Of a DNA stretch of 64,000 nucleotides, positions 54,831-64,000 are shown one piece after another. The notes below the pieces were generated by a model. The model saw only the letters and a program-made list of their open reading frames with translations, had not been told where the DNA came from and made no database searches. The translations under genes were made by a program, and so were the position numbers. Within the stretch, counting starts at the first letter, position 1. Each line of letters begins with the position of its first letter. This DNA is from Callorhinchus milii. Its lineage: Eukaryota. The stretch spans positions 17,980,001 through 18,044,000 of the forward strand of contig NW_024704749.1 of assembly GCF_018977255.1 (NCBI RefSeq), given 5' to 3'.

Positions 54831-57039
54831 AGTTCATGGCTGCGGGTAGATAGGACTGTGCGCTGTGAGCAAATTGGGTGCCTCCTTCGTCTACAAAACA
54901 CAAAGTCCCTACACTTTACAGTAAAATCCTGAAGCCCTTTGAGATGTTTTGACAGCGGAGCCCATTATCTGGTGGGAGATTATTACTCCTCGATGGGAAG
55001 GAGAGGGGAAGAACCGACCAACATTATCTGCGAGAAACTCCGCAGTCCGCTTACCTCGTCACATTCACTCACACGCCTCCCGCTGCTGGCCACGAGCTCC
55101 TCTCCGAGGGCAGGTAGGAAAACAGGGGGAAAATACGGCAATTCCCGGGAAAGAAGATATACCGGGAAACTTTCTGCTGGGGATCGGTCAACATCAGCAT
55201 CGCTCAATATCTCCTTTACCCTGACACACCCTGTAACAGGATAAATGGTACGCTATTCCGCGTGAAGGATGCTATATAAATGCAAGTTGTTGTTTTTGTT
55301 GTAACACTACGGTGTACATCACGTGGCCCCCAAAAAAAACTTTTGGTCGCTCAATCCACAGCTGTTTATGGGACACCGCTGTGTGGAATTGGCTGCCACG
55401 TTTCACTCACAAAATACACAGTCGATCCACTTTACAGTGTGTTTTGTGAAACGCTTTCAGACGTCTCAAAGACACGATAAGACGCTGTATCAAATGGAAG
55501 GATTATTATTATTATATAAAGATTTACTCAGGGCTGAGGTCCACACTGGACAGAACAGAGTGAATCCAAACTACTTTTATTTCAATTTGCTTAAACTCCG
55601 AAAGCAGTGAGAGTTCTGAAGGAAAGACTCCACGAATCCCAATATATTACCTTAGAAATTTGCTCTGAATATAATATGTACAGGACATGAATAAAATCTA
55701 AACATATCATAGATCCGCCGTAGCCCAGGAACGGCTTCTCCCACTAAAGGGACAAGTGTACCTTTCGTTCCCTTCGCTGGCGGCTTGTCCAGGCTGACCT
55801 CTGAACTGCTCTGGGCGAGGAGCTGAGGTTTAAGGAGGAGATTCGGGTGTGCAACATACTGGAAAAACAGCCGTAATCTTCCTAAAACAGCGTGCGAGGG
55901 TTCAATCCCCTGCCCCCAAAACTGGGGACGATTCGAATAGTTCGTCAACATTCTCCCCCCTAATCCTTCCGCCTTGCCCCCTCCTTCCCCTCTTTTAGAT
56001 CATGACTTGAAGACCTTCCTCTTGGACGGTGCTTTAGGTCATATCCTCCCTCCTCCACCCCCGCCTCCGCCGTTGTTAAGCGCTCTTTGACGCCGCCCCG
56101 CCTGAAGGCTGCTGTGTAAGTACAAGTTGTTGCTGCTAACTTTCAACTCATTGAAATTCACAGACACTGTCCGCACACACTGACTACAAACATCGTATCT
56201 CTGTACCAAAGCCGCTCCGTTCCCAGGCCCCTTCCCACCCGCTTTCCACAGCCCCCTCCCCTCCTCCTCGTACCTGGGCCTAAGCACACAGCACCCCCCG
56301 CCCCACCCCCGCCTAGAGCCCACAGACGTTCTTTGGGAAGGTTCTTTGGGAAGGCTCCTGGATTATACACATTGCGAAGATTTTTAAGGGATGCTCAGGA
56401 TTCGGGATGTCGACATGCTGCTTCAGCTTAGAAACTAAAAGTGGGAAAAGAGTGAGCATCAGTGCGGATGCAACGTGCATCAAATGTCTATACAAAGCGT
56501 CGGAAACTAACTCGTCCTGAGGACATCAGGGCTTCTCTCGCTCTCTCACCATTAGTCCATTGCACATCAGTCCATTGTAATAAAAAATATACAAAAAGGT
56601 TCTAAATTAAACAATACAGTGATAGCAGTTCAGTAAAACCCCCCCCAGGCCTTGACAGCGATGGCGTGTGGCAGTGGATGGCAAACAGGCATGGCTAGTG
56701 CCAGCCCAGTCAGCAGGTTCTCTGTTCGCTCAGTCCCATTCGTCTCTCTGGTGGAACTCCAGTGTGGGGAAGCAATGGCTTTTCTGGTCCACAGGACAGG
56801 ACAGGGGAGAGAAAGTCGCCTTGTCGATTCACGTTTAACATTGTGCACAGCACTGGCCTCCACCGATTCCGGTCCTGATCTTCCAGTGAAAGTGAGAGAG
56901 CTTCCAATTGTCCGCAAGAAAGACCACGGTCTCAAAAGTCCGTCCCCAACACAGTGAAGCTCCAATGGCCGCCACACCCGAGTGTGGTCCTGTTCGAGTG
57001 AGTGGTCAGATGTGACCCGAGATTAAAATATGAACCCCG

Positions 57040-57300
57040 TCCTACGGATGAGACGTTAAACTGAGGTCCCGCCCGCGTCTGTCCAGGCGCATGTTAAAGA
57101 CCTCATGGCACAACTCAAAAAGAGAAGGGAGTTTCTCTCTCCCGGTGTCCTGGCCGACAATGACCCAGATCAGATTCACCTCGTGCTCATTTTGGGAGGC
57201 GCTGCAGGGCACGCAATCGGCTGCCGCGTTGCCCTACAAAACACACAGTCACTCCATTGGACACTGATTCCTGTGAAGCCCGTTGAGGCGTTTTGACTTT
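57040..57300 (+). mobile_element. Deu-domain SINE fragment in DDR 3'UTR (antisense)
   Basis: GGATGAGACGTTAAACTGAGGTCCCG...ATGGCACAACTCAAAAGAGAAGGGAGTTTCTC core. Confidence 0.6.
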
Positions 57301-57437
57301 ATAATCAAACGCAAAGGCAAGTGTTATCGATGTGAACGGCCAATGCGGCCGATTGGGGCACGAGGGACTGGGTGAGGCCGCAGAGGCTGAGATGTCCTTC
57401 AGTGTTCAACCCTAACCCTAACCTCGGTGGGCGAGCA

Positions 57438-60400
57438 CTAGGACAGGCTGACCAGCTGCTCCTGGAAGAAATGGTGGATGCGCTCGAAGACCGGTCGATC
57501 CTTGATATCTCGGCTCCAGCAGCCGACCATAACCTCGAAGATATGCTTCGGGCAGATGGAGGGCTGCGACAGGTAGGTCTGCGGAGAGAGAGTTAGCAGT
57601 TAGCAGCACAGTGCTGGGGCAGCCCGGCATTCGCCCATTCACCTGACAGGTCCACCTGCTTGTGCTCTAGCCCCACCCACTCAAGCACTGGCCCCACTTG
57701 ATGACTGGCCCCACACGCCTGATCACTGGCTGCACCCACTCTCACTGGTCACACTCACTCTATCACTGGTCACACTCACTCTCTCGATCACTGGCCACAG
57801 GCACACTCTCGATCACTGGCCACACCCACTCTAGCACTGGCCGCACCAACTCTAGCACTGGCCGCACACACTCAGGCACTGGCCGCACACACTGGCACTG
57901 GCCGCACCCACTCTAGCACTGGCCGCACCCACTCTAGCAGTGGTCGCACCCACTCTAGCACTGGCTGCACCCACTCTAGCACTGGCCGCACCCACTCTAG
58001 CACTGGCCGCACCCACTCTAGCACTGGCCGCACCCATTCTAGCACTGGCCACACCTGCTCAACCACTGATCACACCCATCCACTGGCCATGCTTGCTCAC
58101 CATGTTCCCGTGAGTTTACCTGCCGGCCTTGATTCCGGAAAAATTCTCCCGTGTTCTCGATGATCTGCTCGTCGGTCAGCTGGGAATACGGTTGCTCTTT
58201 ACAGAAGGTGAACATCTCCCACAGAGTGACTCCAAACGCCCACACATCACTTGCGGTCGTGAATTTCCCCTGTGAAAATAAACACCGTCAGCTTCTCCTG
58301 TGGATCCAGCATCAGCCAGGATCTTCCCCCCCGCCCCCTACACCCCTCCACAGCCCCCTCAATCAGCCATAAACACCCACAAACAGTCCCCCCATCACAA
58401 TCAGCCAGAAACCCCCCCCACCCTCCCCACTTACACAACCCCCCCATCACAGCCAGCCTCAGCCAGTAACTGCCTGCACACCCTACACTCTACCTCATTC
58501 CTGACAAGCCACCATCCCATCCCCCACCCCCCCACTGCTGGCTGGAGCTTGTGGTCCTGCCCAAACACTCACCAGCAAGATGCTCTCCCAGGCCATCCAG
58601 CGGATGGGCAGCACGGCACGGCCCTGGATGCGATAGTAATCCCCGCTGTATAGGTTGCGGCTCATGCCGAAGTCAGCGATCTTGATGGTGGAATGATGGC
58701 CCACCAGGCAGTTGCGGGTTGCCAGGTCCCTGTGCACAAACTTGAGAGAGGACAGGTACTGCATGCCCGAGGCAATCTGCGTGCCCATGTGCAGCAGGCA
58801 CCGGTAACTGCGGGGGAGAGAAGCCATGGCATCAACTACAAAGTCAGCCCCGGGCGCCTCATCCCCCCCACACCTGCCCCCGCCCGCTCGCACTGTGAAT
58901 TAGGAGAAATGTCAATTGTCTATGTTTTGCACTTCGATTTCTTCAATGCTAACTCCCTGCTCGTCGGTCGTCCCAACTCTTCCCTCCGCAAGCTAATGCA
59001 TTGTTCAGAATTCCACAGCTCATGTCCTCTCCCGGACCAAGCTCTGCGACATTATCATCCCCACCCTCGCCCAACTCCACTGGCTCCCCATCCCCCAGAG
59101 GATGGAGTTCAAAATCGTCCTTGCTTTCAAGGGCTTACTCCTCCCTACCTCTGCGGCCAACTAAAACGTGACCAACCTGTCCGCTCGCTCAGCCTGCTGC
59201 ATGTTCCCTGCCTGCCTTCCATCTCCTCCCAACTCCAACCCCCAGCTCGGATGCAAACCCTCCGCTGTCCAGCGCATTATGCGGGAAGACCTCCTGATGC
59301 GAAAGGCGCTGTGTAAATGCAATTTGTTGCTTTGTTTTGTTGTTGCTGCTGTATGTTATCGGGTGGTTGGTGTGGAGGACAGGAGCCTCCTACCTGACAC
59401 TGGGGATGTTGTTGGCCAGGGTGAATTGGTTCTCTAGCTCCCGCTGATACAGGAACTGGTTGAGATCCCCATTCTCCATGTACTCGGTGACCATGCAGAG
59501 AGGATCATCGTGGATGCAGACTCCCAGCAGACGGATGATGTTGGGGTTGTTGAGCCGGGACATGACCTTCACCTCCTTGAGGAAGTTGTTCCTGAAAACG
59601 CAAGACACGTGGTTAACAAGAGAGGCCCGGCTGGTGTACAGCCTGGCTCAGCGGGGAGCGCTTTCGCCACTGGGGAAGAAGGTTGTGGGTTCAAGCCCCA
59701 GGTCAGGACTTTGAGCTCACAGTCTCACATCAAGACTGATTGCTTTCCGGGAATGATAATCCCTCAGAAAATAATTTGGTCACTCACTCCACGATTGTTT
59801 GAGGGACACAGATATGTAGAATTGGCTGACATCTTTTGCCCACAAATTACACAGGATATCCAGTGAAACGCTTTGAGACGTCTCAATGATAAAGCGCTGT
59901 TATCAAATACAAGGATTATTATTATTATTAATAACAAAATTACATTTATATAGTGCCTTTCATGTCAGAAGGACACCCTAAAGTGCTGGACAGTTAAGGG
60001 TTTGCACCCGAGCTAGGTGGGAGGTTGAGAGTGGGGGGGTGGGGGTGGGGGGAAAGGGTAGGAGGGTGATCGAAAGCAGGATCAAAGAGGAACGTCTTGA
60101 GATGGGCCTTGAAGGAGGCGAGGGAGGAGGCGAGGCAGAGGCATTCCAGGATGGAGATCCAGAGAAAAGGGAACGGTGTTGGGCGTGCGCTGCATTGGCA
60201 AAGATACCGATACTGGGCGAAGACACGGGGGTCTGCTCTACCTGGCATTTTTGGTGGCGTCCGAACGAAGCATCTTCACAGCCACCAGAACAGGTTTGTG
60301 ACGGCCACTGAAACACAGCTCGGGTCCTGGGCTCTCCTGCAGACCCTGGGCTTCACACAGGTGAACCTGGACAGAAGGGGGAGAGGAGGGTGGGGCGGAG

Positions 60401-63400
60401 GGAAAGGCAATCAGCACGGTCCAGGGCAGGTTACGCTCACACGCACCAGGGCATCAGGCTCACACTCGCCATCCCCACACTTGACCCCACTATGGAACAG
60501 GCTCCCTCAGGAGGCAGATGGTGGAAGCAGAAAGCGTTGATTCTCTTAAAAGCGAAGTGAGGTAAGATTTATTTTAGTAAATAATATCTAGGGATTCAGT
60601 GTATAGTTTGGGTACACGACATGACCTTTTGTCCAGCAATTCTTAAGTTAGCACTCACACTTATCTCTGTTTGACACTCACACTCCCCCACTCCCCCTAC
60701 CTCGCCTCACACGGTTAAAAGGACACTCACCTCCCCAAACTGCCCCTCCCCCAGCTTCTCCTTGAAGCGCAGCTGGTGTCGAGAGATCTCGCCCACCGCC
60801 AGCTCCAACTTGATGAGGGAGTCCACGGTTACCGCGGGAACGGCGTAGGTGTTGTTGCCGGTCACGCCCTGCAGGTTAACGATGTCGGCCTCGGCGTAGT
60901 GCGGCACCTTGTTCTGGAAGCCCTGGTGCGGGGTGGCCTTGGTCACGTCTGGCTCTGCGTAGTCACCGCTGCACACTGAGCCGGAGCAGTCAACACTCAG
61001 CACCAACTTCAGTCTCACACAGTACCCTGACACAACTCCTCAACCCAACGCCTCCACCCAATGCATCAAACCAGGGCTCACAACAGAGCCTCCCCTGCGT
61101 ATCGCCTCCCATATACCCCTAACCCCACCCACACCCTCCTCAGCCCGTCCCCATTCCCAATCACCAGCCTCACTCACCTACCCGATCCCTGGGTCCGACC
61201 CGATCACATGACCCCAACCCCCACCCCTTCCCCACACCAACTCTACGACACTTACCCGAGTCCTCGGCGCTCTGAGAAAGTTCCGGCAGCTTGCGTAACA
61301 GCCTGGCTGGCTCCTGGTACTGCAAGTCGAGGGGAAAGACCGTCTCGTACGTGGGGTTGGTCTGGAATATCTGAGTCTGGCTGTTGATGATGATGGAATC
61401 GTCACACAGGGACAGGTGCACAGTGACGTCCTCCTCCAGGATACGCCGGGGAGCCTGTGGGGGAGGAGAGGGGAGGGGGCACAGCTTATAGACGTGGCAG
61501 GGGATTGCACACCCGAGCCCAGCACAACCCCTTGTGTACCCACTGCCACTTGTACCTCAAGACGGTTTGTGGGTTGAAGTCCCACGGTGAGAGGTTGAAC
61601 TAAATGACGCATCCGCGGTGTAGATTCTTTAATGAATCGGATTTGAGATGACTTGATGGCTTGTACAGTTTACCTGCAACTCCGACCTCGGTAAGTCATG
61701 TTATGGTCCAGACTGATACGATTTAATGTGAGTTTTACTGCGTTATTAACAATGCGGCAGATAAAGACGGTTTGTGGGATACTGTTTTTCCCAAGGGTGA
61801 GAGAGTGTGTGTGTGTATGTGTGTGGTGTGTGTGCGCGCAAGGGGTGGAGGAGGGAGGGAGCGGGTTGCCAGGAGGGGGGGGGGTCGTGGGTTTCCGGGG
61901 GGGGTTATTGCCATGGTAATGGACCTCACACCTTCTCCAGCAGCCGCCGCCAGTGCTGCCGCCACAGGATGACGATGATGATGATGATGAGGAGGAGGAT
62001 GATGGTCACCAGGCAGCCAATCAGAATGGAGGTGTTGCTTTCGTCAGCTCGGTGCTCGGGGCCGGTGACGGCCGAAGGGGCGACGGTGACTGGAGAGGGA
62101 CCGAGCAATACGTCAACACACGGAAATCCATGGCAACACACATCAACGCATACCAACATACTTCCAACACATGCCAATGCACGGCAACACAGATCAACAC
62201 GTCAACACAGTGAGAGGGGGGAGAGCGGGACTGCGGGGAGATGGGGGAGGAGAGAGTGGGAGTGCAGAATGTCAGAGAGGACCTTACCCAGCATTACATT
62301 CTGCGTCTGTGTTGGAGTTGGGGTGGGCTTGGAGCTGCAGTTGAGGCTGGGGTTTGGGGTGGGGCTGGTGAGGAGGTAGGGGAGGGAGCTGAGGGGGGGC
62401 GATGACGGTTTGGGGGACGTCAGCTCCTCCGCAGCTCGGCCGTTCTCCTCTCTGCGGGAAGGGTGCGGATTCTCCACCAAAGGATTCATTCCACCAGAAT
62501 CTGCAACAAACAGGACCAAAGCTTCACTGTGACACCATCACCCCAACACTGAGCATCGCCAGAGAAACTGCCCATTCGCACGACCCGTTCCCCCACCCCC
62601 TACCCCCCCTTCCGCCTGCACACAATAGGGAGCCCCACCTGGAGAATCCCTCCCACCCACACCAACACGCACCCTGAGGCCTGAACCACAAAAATTTAAC
62701 ATAGTGGCTTTCACCTCGAGAGGATGTCCCAAGGTATTGAGGCATTAAATTAGGCACCAATAGAAAGACCTGCGGAAATCCGACTTCCAAAATTAAGAGT
62801 GAATTTAGGATTTTTTCTAAAATCCCAAACACACTCCTGTGAAGTGAGTGATGGGCATTTTTTTCTTTTTAACTTGGGGGGGGACTTGTTAATAATAATG
62901 ATAATAATCCTCGCATTTGATATCGCGCCTTGTCACGTCATTGAGACGTATCAAAGCGCTTAACGGGATCTCCTGTAGAGTGCAGTGACTTGTGTATTTT
63001 GCCGGCGAAAATTGTTCGCTCCAGCCTTCTGCATGTCCCTCGTCCACTCCGTTCCACCATCGGCGGCCGCGCTTTCGGCCACTACACCCTGAAACTCTTC
63101 CTCTATCCCTCCGCTTTGCTCCTTCCTTCTTCTTCTACCGTGCCTACGATCACCTCCCCCCTTTACCCCGGCTCAGCATCAGGCTCTGCCACCGTCAAGC
63201 GCACTGGGATACTTCTCTGCGTGAGGGGCGCTGTGTAAATGCAAGTTGTTGTTTTTGTTCTAGTGCGTTGAGATGCGATTGCCTCACCCATGACCTGGGA
63301 CTGGAAGGAGATCTCGCTGAACATCAGCCAGGTGTCTGCGAAGTGGAAGCGGCAGCGGATGGCCTTGCCCACCCGGTGCTGTAACGGGACCATCACGAAG

Positions 63401-63543
63401 CGGGCGCTGGGGTTCTTGTCGTCGATCACCGTGCCCACCCCCACCGCCTCCCGCTCCCAGTTTGCCACCAGCTGCTGCTTGAAGAAGCAATCCACCTTGC
63501 GGAAGATTTTCACCGCCTTGGAGAACAGGTTGTTACAGTGCAC
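57438..63543 (-). CDS. DDR2: Discoidin domain receptor 2-like tyrosine kinase, 3' exons (5' exons beyond the window)
   Basis: Exons 63543-63288, 62500-62288, 62089-61932 (TM), 61454-61256, 60975-60731, 60366-60242, 59591-59394, 58807-58573, 58269-58120, 57578-57438, all phase-consistent. Motifs [54 protein letters not shown]. May be a DDR2-like paralog rather than the DDR2 ortholog. Confidence 0.9.
57685..58050. repeat. 21-bp minisatellite (CACTGGCCGCACCCACTCTAG)n in the last DDR intron
   Basis: About 17 copies, most perfect at 57895-58045. Confidence 0.92.
58930..59345 (+). mobile_element. L2 LINE 3' fragment in a DDR intron
   Basis: AACTCCCTGCTCGTCGG...CAACTCCACTGGCTCCCC...TTCAAAATC...CCTCCCTACCTC, ending AAAGGCGCTGTGTAAATGCAATTTGTTG. 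Similar L2 ends at ~40180-40430, ~55960-56140, ~59930-60180 and ~63010-63260. Confidence 0.7.
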
Positions 63544-64000
63544 CTACAGTGGACAGGGTGTGGGAGGGGAGAGACATCGAGACACTGAGCACTGAGCAAA
63601 CCGTGCACATGCCGTGCCGTGTGCCATGTGGTCAACCTCACGTTGAAAGAGTTACACAACTCACCCCCTCACTCTCTGACCTCTCACTGGGTTGATCTGT
63701 GTCGACACGCATTGGCATGTGATCATGTGCGTTGATCTGTGGTTCCACGGATTGGAGCGTGTTGACGTGTTAGGGTGCGAGAGTGTCTGTAATTAAGCAA
63801 TTAAGCCCTGCCTATCCTGTGTACCCTGAATGTGTTACGTACCAAGTGTGTGCTTGATGTCTCGTTTGCGTTGTATGCTCCAGCTGCCCTGTATCTGCTG
63901 TATACCCTGTGTATGCTGTGAGTGCCTTGTGTGTACTGTGTGGGGCCTGTATGCCCTGTACGCTCTGTGCACTATGTCACAGTAGGAAGCTGCCCCTCTT

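Noticed and set aside
56505-56535. Hammerhead-like CTGAT-GTCC-TCA-GGAC-GAG on the minus strand
   Set aside because: Lacks both a complete CUGANGA and GAAA; probably a chance hairpin.

Overview
Eukaryotic, intron-containing vertebrate DNA, most likely a cartilaginous fish (inferred from Deu-domain and tRNA-derived SINEs, L2/CR1 remnants and a shark-type Penelope-like remnant). Gene order, left to right: (1) RABL6 exon 1 (-, truncated) with a CpG-island promoter. (2) An unrecognised ~495-aa Gln/Cys/Pro/Gly-rich repeat ORF (-), head-to-head with gene 3 across a ~200-bp RFX X-box promoter. (3) FAM166A/CIMIP2A (+, 7 exons). (4) Four tandem beta-tubulin genes (-), with mosaic exon-4 identity, different C-terminal tails and, in one copy, two alternative first coding exons (MREI vs MREM). 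(5) A 12-coding-exon GLIPR2/GAPR-1-like gene with three tandem CAP domains and acidic Pro/Glu/Ala repeat linkers (-). (6) The 3' part of a DDR2-like receptor tyrosine kinase (-). RABL6-FAM166A-TUBB matches human 9q34.3 synteny, and the DDR-TUBB linkage echoes the MHC paralogon. All gene models were built by eye from GT-AG sites and reading-frame phase; no database search was run.
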